From positions 128,001 through 192,000 of the forward strand of contig JAFATB010000006.1 in the NCBI GenBank assembly GCA_019244185.1: 64,000 bases of DNA. Direction: 5' to 3'. The translations under genes and the position numbers were made by a program. Within the stretch, counting starts at the first letter, position 1, and each line of letters starts with the position of its first letter. This stretch comes from Acidobacteriota bacterium (lineage in GTDB: Bacteria > Acidobacteriota > Thermoanaerobaculia > Gp7-AA8). The notes below the pieces were generated by a model. That model was not told where the DNA came from. It saw only the letters and a program-made list of their open reading frames with translations, and did not search any database. Shown piece by piece: positions 1 through 11,029 of the stretch.

Positions 1-184
1 GATGGAGCACGTGATCATCTCCAACTACAGCGTCTCCGGCGGCCCCGGCGACCTGCCGGTGGAGAACGTCGCCCTCGACTACGGCATCATCCAGTACAAC
101 TACGTCGACCAGAAGCACGCCGACGGCTCGGCCGACGGCAACAAGCCGGCCAAGCACAACCTCGAGACCAGGAAGATCGAGTAG
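1..184 (+). CDS. hcp: T6SS tube protein Hcp/TssD, C-terminal part (truncated by window edge)
   Basis: VIISNYSVSG...PVENVALDYGIIQYNY...KHNL matches the Hcp C-terminus; lies directly upstream of tssE. Confidence 0.88.
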   Translation, partial: MEHVIISNYSVSGGPGDLPVENVALDYGIIQYNYVDQKHADGSADGNKPAKHNLETRKIE

Positions 185-190
185 TTGCTC

Positions 191-661
191 ATGGCCGCAA
201 ACGAGATCCATGTCCGCGCCCCGCTGTTCGACCGTCTGGTCGACGGCAACGCCATGGACCATGAAACACGCCCGTTGCGCACGCTCGATCGTGCGGGGCT
301 GAAGCAGTCGGTGCGCCGGGAGCTCGAGCTCCTCTTCAACACGCGCTGCGCGCTCCCGGTGCACCACCTTCCCCCGTCCGAACGAACGGTCGCCGACTAC
401 GGCGTGCCCGATCTCACGCTGTTCTCCGCTCGCGATCCGGCGGACCGCGCGTCGCTCGCCGACGCGCTCCGCCGCGCCGCGACGGCCTACGAGCCTCGCC
501 TGCGCGACGTCCGCGTTGACGTCGTGCCGGCCGGCCCGAGCGAGCGCGCCGTCAGCGCCAACTTCTCGGCGCTCCTCGTCATCGAAGGCGTCCCCGAGTC
601 GGTCTCATTCGAAGCGGTCCTGTCGGTCCGGGATGGAAAGGTCCACGTCGATGCCGGCTAA
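191..661 (+). CDS. tssE: T6SS baseplate subunit TssE (gp25-like)
   Basis: PLFDRL, SVRRELELLFNTR, DYGVPD, YEPRL motifs; operon order hcp-tssE-tssF. Confidence 0.92.
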   Translation: MAANEIHVRAPLFDRLVDGNAMDHETRPLRTLDRAGLKQSVRRELELLFNTRCALPVHHLPPSERTVADYGVPDLTLFSARDPADRASLADALRRAATAYEPRLRDVRVDVVPAGPSERAVSANFSALLVIEGVPESVSFEAVLSVRDGKVHVDAG

Positions 662-2468
662 CGAAGATGTGCTGCGCTGTTACCTCGAAGAGCTCTCCTA
701 CCTCCGCCGCATGGGCGAGCGGTTCGCGCACGAACACCCGAAGATCGCGCGCCGGCTCGAGCTGCAGTCCGACGAGTGCCCCGATCCGCACGTCGAACGG
801 TTGATCGAGTCGTTCGCGTTTCTCACCGCGCGCATCCAGAGCAATCTCGAACACGACTTCCCCGAGGTCGCGTCGGAGCTGCTCAATGTCTTGTATCCGC
901 ATTACCTGAATCCGATTCCGTCGATGACCATCGTCCGCTTCGATCTCGATCCGGACGCGAAGCTCACCGAGCCGCAGGTCGTGCCGCGGCAGACGCAGCT
1001 CTTCACGCACACCGCGGAAGGCGCGGTGGTGCGCTTCCGCACCGCGTATCCGGTGACGCTCTGGCCGATCGAAGTCGTCGACGCCACGTTCGGCGCCGCG
1101 ACGGAGCTCGAGCTCCCCGCGCGACGCGCGCGTCCCGCATCCGTGCTGCGCCTGCGCCTCCGTTCCCGCGGCGAATCGTTCGAGCGCCTCGGCGTGGACC
1201 GGCTGCGCTTCTACCTGCACGGCGACATGGTCGTGAATCGCCTCTATCCGATGATGCTGGCGCCCACGGCCGCGAATGACCGTAAGCGCGTCGCCGTCGT
1301 GCCCGCGGAATCGCGTGACGTGCCCGACCTGCCGTATCTCTCCGTCGAACAGGTCGGCTTCGGCGACGACGAGGACGTCATCCACTACCCGCGGCAGTCG
1401 CATCCCGCGTATCGCTTGCTGCAGGAGTACTTCGCCTTCGAGGAGAAGTTCCACTTCATCGACGTCGCCGGACTGCGCGGCCGCGCGTTTGGTCAAGAGA
1501 TTGACCTTCTGTTTCTCCTCGACGGCGACCCGCGCCACCGCCTGCTCGTCTCCGCGGAAGCGTTCGAGCTCGGCTGCACGCCCGCGGTGAACCTCTTCGA
1601 GATGCGCAGCGAGCCGATTCGCATCGACCACCGCCGCACCGACTACAAGCTCACCGCCGACTATCGCCGCGAGCGCGCCATCGAGATCCATTCGATCCGC
1701 TCCGTCTCCGGCTCGTCCGACGTCAACGAGACCTCGCGCGAATACGCGCCGTTCTACAGCTACACGCACGCGATGGCCCGGCGCGCGCAGAGCGCGTTCT
1801 GGCACGCGCGGCGCGTCCCCAGCCTGCGCGACGACGCCTTCGGCAGCGAGATCTTCCTCTCGTTCCACGACAGCGACTTCGATCCCGCGAAGCCGGCCGA
1901 CGAGGTCGTGTTCGCGCACCTCCTCTGCACGAACGGCCGCCTCGCCGCGGAGCTCCCCGCGGGTTGCTCGCTGCAGACCGACGACTCGCTTCCGGTGCGC
2001 GCGATCGTCAACCTGCGCAAGCCGACGCGCCCGTTCGCGCCGCAGCATCGCGGCGAGGCGCTCTGGCGGCTCGTCTCGCATCTCTCGCTCAACTACCTCA
2101 CGCTCGAAGGCGAGGAAGCGGTCAAGGCGCTGCGCGAGATCCTGTTTCTCTACGCCACGCCCGACTCGCGCGCGCAACGCCAGCGCATCGACGGCATCAA
2201 GTCGCTCGCCGCCGAATCCGCCGTGCGGCGCATGCCCGGCGGCGCGTGGAACGGCTTCGTGCGCGGGACCAGGATCTCGCTCACCTTCGACGACTCGCTC
2301 TACGCCGGACACGCGGCGTTTCTCTTCGGCTCCGTGCTGAGCCAGTTCCTCGGGCTGCACGCATCGATCAACTCCTTCACGCAGCTGTCCGTGCTGCGCG
2401 AAGGCGACGAGCATCACGAGAAAGGAATGCAATGGCCGGCGATGGCGGGCGGCAGAGCCGTCCTCTGA
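651..2468 (+). CDS. tssF: T6SS baseplate subunit TssF
   Basis: YLEELSYLR...F...HPKIARRL, DPHVERLIESFAFL, YRLLQEYFAF, LWRLVSHLSLNYL, SINSFTQL; ATG at 651. Confidence 0.96.
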   Translation: MPANEDVLRCYLEELSYLRRMGERFAHEHPKIARRLELQSDECPDPHVERLIESFAFLTARIQSNLEHDFPEVASELLNVLYPHYLNPIPSMTIVRFDLDPDAKLTEPQVVPRQTQLFTHTAEGAVVRFRTAYPVTLWPIEVVDATFGAATELELPARRARPASVLRLRLRSRGESFERLGVDRLRFYLHGDMVVNRLYPMMLAPTAANDRKRVAVVPAESRDVPDLPYLSVEQVGFGDDEDVIHYPRQSHPAYRLLQEYFAFEEKFHFIDVAGLRGRAFGQEIDLLFLLDGDPRHRLLVSAEAFELGCTPAVNLFEMRSEPIRIDHRRTDYKLTADYRRERAIEIHSIRSVSGSSDVNETSREYAPFYSYTHAMARRAQSAFWHARRVPSLRDDAFGSEIFLSFHDSDFDPAKPADEVVFAHLLCTNGRLAAELPAGCSLQTDDSLPVRAIVNLRKPTRPFAPQHRGEALWRLVSHLSLNYLTLEGEEAVKALREILFLYATPDSRAQRQRIDGIKSLAAESAVRRMPGGAWNGFVRGTRISLTFDDSLYAGHAAFLFGSVLSQFLGLHASINSFTQLSVLREGDEHHEKGMQWPAMAGGRAVL

Positions 2469-3528
2469 AGCGCTCCGTGCGCGACGAGCTGTTCGACCAC
2501 GCGTCGGAGTTCTCCTTCGCGCAGGCCGTGCATCTGCTCGAGCGCATGCGCGAAGACGCCACGCCTCCGGGCGAGGGCGTGAGCCCGCGGCGCGAGCTCG
2601 CGCTCTTCCGCCACGCCGTGCGCCTCGATCGTCCCGACAGCGACATCGAAGAGCTGACGCCGGCGCTGGACGATCAGCCGCCGGTCATGACCGTCAACGT
2701 GCTCGGTCTCACCGGCACCGAGGGTCCGCTTCCGCAGCACGTCACCGAGCGCGTCGTCGAGCGCGCGTTCCGCGGCGACCGCGCGTGGCGCGACTTCCTC
2801 GACATCTTCAATCACCGCCTGATCTCGCTGCTCTATCGCGCGCGGAAGAAGTACCGGCCCGCGCTCGACGCGCGCGGCCCGCATCGCGGCCGCGTCGCGT
2901 CCGTCCTCTATGCGATCCTCGGCCTCGGCACGCCGCACCTGCGCAACCGCCTCGGCATCGACGACCGCGCGCTGCTTCCGTACGCCGGTCTCTTCGCCGA
3001 GAACACGCGCTCGACCATCGGTCTCGAGCGCATCGTCGAAGACTGCTTCGGCGTGCGCGCGACCGTCGTGCCGTTCCGCGGCCAGTGGCACACGCTCGAA
3101 GACGACGACCGCACGCACCTCGGCGTCACGGGACAGAACCAGCTCCTCGGCCGCGGCGCGGTGCTCGGGCGTTCGATCTGGGACGAGGCCGCGGGCTTCG
3201 AGCTGCGCCTCGGACCGCTCTCGCTGCCGCAGTTTCTGTCCTTCCTTCCGGGCGGACATGCATATCGTTCGCTCGCGGCCGTCGTGCGCTTTTACATCCG
3301 GGAGGAGCTCGGCTTCACCATCCGTCCGGTGCTGCGGAAAGATGCCGTTCCGCGCCTCCGCATCTCCCGCCACGGCCACGCGAGCCTCGGCCGCACGTCG
3401 TGGCTGCACCGCACGCCGCACAAGCTCGGCAACGCGCGCAAGCTCGGTCCCGCGTTGCGCCTCGGCGACAACACGCGCCTCACGCGCGACACCTCCGACG
3501 ACACGCAGGTGCGGCTGGTGGCGCGCCG

Positions 3529-3532
<4 letters not shown>
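2432..3532 (+). CDS. tssG: T6SS baseplate subunit TssG
   Basis: FSFAQAVHLLE, GLTGTEGPLP, DFLDIFNHRLISLLYRA, LGPLSLPQFLSFLPGG; overlaps the tssF 3' end. Confidence 0.94.
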
Positions 3533-6092
<2,560 letters not shown>

Positions 6093-6096
<4 letters not shown>

Positions 6097-6833
6097 AGCG
6101 CCGCGTGCGACTCACGATCGACCGCCGCGTCGCGCGAACCGCACTGGCCGCGCTGGCAATGCTGCACCTGCTCGTCCTGGCGTGCGGCGCGCTCGTCGCG
6201 ATGCGGCCGCGCGAACCCGAAGAGGCCACGCCGATTGCCGCGCCGCTCGTCGCCGCCACGACCGCGGTGCCGCCCTCCGCCCTCCCGCTCCCGCTGCCGC
6301 CGCTCGCGTCACAAACGCGCACCGCGCCGTTCATGCGCGCGGCATTCGACGCCCAGCCGCCCGCCGCGACGTTCTCCGCCGCGCTCGCGCGTCCGCTGTT
6401 CGTCGCGCGCCGCACGTCGACGCGCACCGCGCGCTTCGCGCCGCTCATCGACGCCGCCGCGCGCGAGCACGATCTCCCGCCGCTCCTCGTCACCGCCATC
6501 GCGCGCGTCGAATCCGACTTCGATCCATACGAGGTCTCGAACAAAGGCGCGCGCGGATTGCTGCAAGTGATGCCCGAGACCGGCGCGCGCTTCGGCGTGC
6601 ACCCGTCGCTGCTGTTCGATCCCGAGCGCAACCTCGCCGCCGGTACCGCCTACCTCGCCTGGCTCATGGACCGCTACCGCGGCAACCTCGATCTCGCCCT
6701 CGCCGCCTACAACGCCGGCGAAGGCGCTGTCGACAACTACCGCGGCATCCCGCCGTATCGCGAGACGCAGAACTACGTGCGCAAGGTGCGCGCGGAGCTG
6801 CGCAACCTCGAGTGGCGCGCGTCGGCGGAGTGA
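6093..6833 (+). CDS. Membrane-anchored lytic transglycosylase (SLT family)
   Basis: ES, GARGLLQVMP and ALAAYNAG motifs; N-terminal hydrophobic anchor; GTGA overlap with tssH. Confidence 0.9.
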
Positions 6834-6840
6834 CGCGTTC

Positions 6841-8037
6841 CTACGTGTACTTGCCGGTGAATCGGCGGCGCGTGGAGCGATCGAGATTGCTGATGTCGCC
6901 GTACGCGTTGGCGATCGACTGGTTCGTCTCATCGCGCAGTTGCGAGCCCCATCCGCGACGCACCGGTCCCTGATAGGCGGCATCGGCCGGCGAGTAACCG
7001 AGTCCCGCCATCACCCTCCAATGGACCCAGTCGTCGGAAGGATCTTCCGCTTCGATCGGCACCGCCATGGTCACGCCTTCGACGCGCAACTCCGCCGCGC
7101 ACGCCTTGCAGATCGGCTTGTTGACCCAGATCGTCGTGCCGGCCAACGCCTTCGCATGATGTTTGAAGAAGGCCACCATGCGCATCTCGGCGTGCCAGCC
7201 GGTGTGACGCGAGCCCGCGTCGACGTACGTGACGCCGAGCGCCGCCATCGCGTCCTGGCAGTTGCGGCAGTTGTCCTGTTCGATGAGGTAATACGCGCCG
7301 CCCGACTGCAGCAGCGCGGTCGTTCCCTGCGAGTCGCCGCCCGAGCGCGTGTCCGCGCGCAGCTGGCGTAAGCCGTCCATGCTTTTCAGATGCGCCACGG
7401 GATCGGCCGGAGCGCCGCCGACGTCATCGTTCCGGCCGCCGAGACAGTAGCTCAGTCCCCAGGCCACCGCGCCGACGGTCGCCACCGCCGCGAGTCCGAG
7501 GCCGATGGTGATCGGTTCGATCCGCTGCACGGTCGCGCCGCCGAACCTCGGCTGCACGAGCCGCGGCACGTGCGCCGCGGCTTGCTGTCCCAGCCGGTGC
7601 GCCTCCGACTCCAGCATCGGATCGTGCACGACGGCCACGCCGCTGCCGAACGGATTGCGCACGCGGGCGGCGCGCTGCTGCACCACGTGCGCGAGCTCGT
7701 GACCGAGCATCTGCTGCCCGTGACGGCTGACCGGATCATAGTGGCCGGGCGCGAAGTGAATGTTCGAGCCGCGCGTGAATGCCGTCGCGCCGATCGCCGT
7801 CGCCCCGGGACCGACGTGGATGCGCACGTCCGCGAAGGACGTGCGGAAAAACGACTCCATCTTCTGGCGCACCGCGACCGGCAGCGGTTGTCCCGTGCCG
7901 TGCGTCTGCATCGCAAGCTGCGGCGGCAGTTGCACCGACGAGCCGGTGGGCGTCGCGCGCCGCTGCAGCACCGGCGACGCGATCCGCGTGAGCCCGTTCG
8001 GAAAAGCGCCTTGAATCACGTCGCCGGAATTGTGCAT
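6841..8037 (-). CDS. DUF4157-domain polymorphic toxin with C-terminal zinc-dependent deaminase domain
   Basis: DUF4157 motifs (MESFF..SFADVRIH, GATAFTRGSNIHF, HELAHVVQQ), VQR, a TM helix, then HAE...PICKAC; ATG at 8037 inferred. Confidence 0.85.
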   Translation of the reverse strand: MHNSGDVIQGAFPNGLTRIASPVLQRRATPTGSSVQLPPQLAMQTHGTGQPLPVAVRQKMESFFRTSFADVRIHVGPGATAIGATAFTRGSNIHFAPGHYDPVSRHGQQMLGHELAHVVQQRAARVRNPFGSGVAVVHDPMLESEAHRLGQQAAAHVPRLVQPRFGGATVQRIEPITIGLGLAAVATVGAVAWGLSYCLGGRNDDVGGAPADPVAHLKSMDGLRQLRADTRSGGDSQGTTALLQSGGAYYLIEQDNCRNCQDAMAALGVTYVDAGSRHTGWHAEMRMVAFFKHHAKALAGTTIWVNKPICKACAAELRVEGVTMAVPIEAEDPSDDWVHWRVMAGLGYSPADAAYQGPVRRGWGSQLRDETNQSIANAYGDISNLDRSTRRRFTGKYT

Positions 8038-8069
8038 GGATGCCCGGACGGAAGTATGCGCCGGCACGG

Positions 8070-8498
8070 TCAGCAGCGCCAGCGCAACCGTACGCCGAAG
8101 ATGGCCGCACCCGCCGCGACGATCGCGAACGCCGCGCCGCCGCTGATCGTGGCGTACAGCAGCGAGAGATGCATGGTGTGCCATGCGACCGCGAATCCAT
8201 ACGCGACTCCTGCCACGGCGCTGCACGCGATTGCGACGATTACCTGCAACCACGCCGTCGCGTTGCGCAGAAGGCCGATGCAGAGTCCGCACAAGACGGC
8301 CAGCGGCGCCGCGCGCAGATACAGCGACGGCCCGAGGAAGAGCAGCATCGCAGGAACGTCGGCGAGGTTCTCCGAGAGCTGCGGGAGAAACAACGTGTAG
8401 ATGACAACGCTGAGCGCAACCGCCGGCAGCGCCAGCACCGCCGCGGCCGCGGCATAGCGCAGCAATCGCGCGGTTGCCAGCGACGCGGCGTCCGCCAT
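8070..8498 (-). CDS. Small multi-pass membrane protein
   Basis: About four hydrophobic segments; co-oriented with neighbours. Confidence 0.55.
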   Translation of the reverse strand: MADAASLATARLLRYAAAAAVLALPAVALSVVIYTLFLPQLSENLADVPAMLLFLGPSLYLRAAPLAVLCGLCIGLLRNATAWLQVIVAIACSAVAGVAYGFAVAWHTMHLSLLYATISGGAAFAIVAAGAAIFGVRLRWRC

Positions 8499-8675
8499 CT
8501 CGCGGTCATTCTCGCAGAACGCGTACGAGAACGCGGTCAATGCCGACGCGAAGCTGCGCGACAAATTCCTCGACGAGCTGCTCGCCGCGAAGAACGCGGG
8601 CAGACTGAAAGAGGCGTACGTCGACGCGGCCGTGAAGCGCTGCGAAGAGCCCGGCGAAGTAACCCAGCGCGCACC

Positions 8676-10271
8676 TTAACTGACGAGCAGCGCCAGCTCG
8701 GCCATCCGTTTCAGATGGTGCTCGACGAGCGCCTCGAGCACGGACGGGATGCGGCTCGGATCGGGGATCGCAGTGCCGCCGGCGTGAATGTCGAGTCGTC
8801 CCGCGGCGGCTTCGGCGTCGAGGAAGCGCACGAGCGCGGCGCGGTCGCGCGTGCCGTCGAGTTGCAGGAGGAGCGTCCGCGCGAGCGGGTCATCGAACTT
8901 CAGCACGCGGCCGCGCTGGTTCGTCACGAGCAAGCCGCGCGCGGCCTCGCGGCGTGCGAACGGCGTCGCCCGCGGGTGTTCGCTCACCACGCTCGTGCAG
9001 AGCGGTGCCGCCGTGTGCAGCAGGACCACGCCGCTCCAGAAGAGCGCGTGCAGCAGATCGGGCAGCACCTCATCCGCGTCGTCGGGCGCGCCTGCGGCAC
9101 GCAGGCGGCGATGCACGTCCGACGCGAGCTCGTCCAACGAAAGCGCGCCGGGCCACGCGGCCGCGAGCGCGACCAGCGTCGCCTTCGCCACCGGATGGCT
9201 CGACGAGAACGGCTTCCCGCGCTCGTTGTGAAAGCTCTCGCTCATCCCCGTGCGCAGATCGGGCGCGGCGCTCTGCGGCTTGCTCGGCGACGCCGCGTAC
9301 AACGCGCGCATCGTCTCCGGCCGCATCGTCCGATCCAGCGCGCGCTCGCCGTGCGCGAGCAGCGTGCGGCGGAACGTGCGGTTCAGCACGAAGTCGAGAT
9401 ACTGCTCGAGCTCGATGCGATCGCTCGCGAACGCGCGCAACTGCTGCGCGACGTTCGCCGGCAGGTTGTCGACTTCCGCCTCGTGCGCCTCCGCCTCCGA
9501 CACGTACTGCAATCCGTGCCGCGACGCGCGCCATGCAAAATCACGAAAGTAGAGCGGCGCGTTCGTCTCCTCGAGGTACTCGTGCAGCACGTAGCTCGGC
9601 TGATCGCGATACTCCTCGAGATGCTCGCGCGCGCCGCGCAGGTAGACCGCGTGCGGATCCTGCGCATCGCCCGCCGCATCGGCCAGCACGGCCACGAGCT
9701 CGAACGCCTTCGCCGCGCGCAGCTCCGGCTCGTCGATGCCGCGCGTATGAAACAGCAGCATCTCGCGCAGCATCCGCCGCAGGTGCCAGCCGGGGTACGT
9801 GTTGTAGCTGATGTACGCGAGGCCCTGCGGCGCGAGCTGCGCGCGCACGATCGCGAGAATGCGCTCCTGCACGTCGGGCGTCACCCACGAGAAGACGCCG
9901 TGGCAGAGGATGTAGTCGAACGTGCCGAACGACGCGTCGAAGTCGAGGATGCTCATCGCGCGCAGCTCGACGTTCTCGATCCCGAGTTCCGCGAGCTCCG
10001 CCCGTCCTTCTTCGATCTGCCGCGGTGAGAGATCGATCCCGACGAAGCGCGACTCCGGAAACGCCATCGCCATCGGAATCAAGTTCGCGCCGTTCGCACA
10101 TCCGAGCTCGAGGACGCGGCAGCGCTCCGGCAGCGCAGGCGTCAGCCCGTGCAGACGCGCGAGCGTGGCCAGCCGGTCGGGATGCGTGTGATGTTGCGCG
10201 GCCGCGGCGTACGGCACGAGCTCGTACGAATGGCGAACCTTCCCTTCGACGTCACGATTCTCCGGCGTCAT
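8676..10271 (-). CDS. Class I SAM methyltransferase with methyltransferase regulatory domain (PKMT-like)
   Basis: VLELGCANG, GIDLS, FDYILCHGVFSW, SYNTYPGW, HEYLE, EQYLDF..NRTFRRTLL; C-terminal LDGTR winged-helix segment. Confidence 0.88.
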   Translation of the reverse strand: MTPENRDVEGKVRHSYELVPYAAAAQHHTHPDRLATLARLHGLTPALPERCRVLELGCANGANLIPMAMAFPESRFVGIDLSPRQIEEGRAELAELGIENVELRAMSILDFDASFGTFDYILCHGVFSWVTPDVQERILAIVRAQLAPQGLAYISYNTYPGWHLRRMLREMLLFHTRGIDEPELRAAKAFELVAVLADAAGDAQDPHAVYLRGAREHLEEYRDQPSYVLHEYLEETNAPLYFRDFAWRASRHGLQYVSEAEAHEAEVDNLPANVAQQLRAFASDRIELEQYLDFVLNRTFRRTLLAHGERALDRTMRPETMRALYAASPSKPQSAAPDLRTGMSESFHNERGKPFSSSHPVAKATLVALAAAWPGALSLDELASDVHRRLRAAGAPDDADEVLPDLLHALFWSGVVLLHTAAPLCTSVVSEHPRATPFARREAARGLLVTNQRGRVLKFDDPLARTLLLQLDGTRDRAALVRFLDAEAAAGRLDIHAGGTAIPDPSRIPSVLEALVEHHLKRMAELALLVS

Positions 10272-10325
10272 TGGGCGAGCGCCGGCGCGGCGCATCCCGG
10301 AGGCACCGGCGCCGGGAGCATCGGC

Positions 10326-10943
10326 TCAGCGGCCGCAGCGTCCGCCGCGGCACGTCGGTGCGTGATGGCCCGGCGCGCACGGGGCGGCGCCGGGACGCGC
10401 GAACTTGCCCTGCACGGGCAGCGTGTGCGCGGCGGCGCGGGCGCCGAGGCGATCGGCTTCCGCCTCGAGCGAATGATCCTGCACGACGGCGACGCCGCTG
10501 CCGAACGGATTGCGAACGCGGCCGGAGCGCTGCTGCACGACGTGCGCGAGCTCGTGGCCGAGGATCTGCTGGCCGTTCGGCGAGGACGGGTTGTACTGGC
10601 CGGGAGCGAAGTGGATGTGCGAGCCCTGCGTGAAGGCGAGCGCGCCGATCGCCGACGCCTGCGGACCGACGTGCACGCGAACGTCGGCGAACGACGTCCC
10701 GTAGAACGACTCCATCTTCTGGCGGATGGAGGGAGGCAGCGGCTCGCCGCCGATGGTGGCGAAGTTCGCGAGCGTATCCGGAAGCTGCATCGCGTTCGCC
10801 CCGCCGTGCGGCTGCGCGACCGCATGCAGCTGCGGCGGCGTGGCCTTCGCCTGCTGCGGCGCGTTGCGCATCACACGCTGGCGCACCTCGGCGATGCGCG
10901 AGAATCCTTGCGGAAAGTGTCCCTGGATCACGGACGTACGCAT
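10326..10943 (-). CDS. DUF4157-domain protein with short Cys/His-rich C-terminal peptide
   Basis: Paralog of 6841-8037 (VIQGHFPQGFSRIA leader, HELAHVVQQ); ends VQGKFARPGAAPCAPGHHAPTCRGGRCGR. Confidence 0.82.
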   Translation of the reverse strand: MRTSVIQGHFPQGFSRIAEVRQRVMRNAPQQAKATPPQLHAVAQPHGGANAMQLPDTLANFATIGGEPLPPSIRQKMESFYGTSFADVRVHVGPQASAIGALAFTQGSHIHFAPGQYNPSSPNGQQILGHELAHVVQQRSGRVRNPFGSGVAVVQDHSLEAEADRLGARAAAHTLPVQGKFARPGAAPCAPGHHAPTCRGGRCGR

Positions 10944-11029
10944 GCGGTTCTCCTTCCGGATGGACTTCATGATAGGCCGCCCGATGTCCGCAGACAAGCG
11001 CGGCGCGGACGCGGGTCTACACTTCCGGC

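Noticed and set aside
10268-10400. Possible frameshift extending the DUF4157 gene to an ATGA overlap with the MTase
   Set aside because: The in-frame tail has host-like codons and no slippery run is visible; the alternative frame stop at 10268 may be chance.
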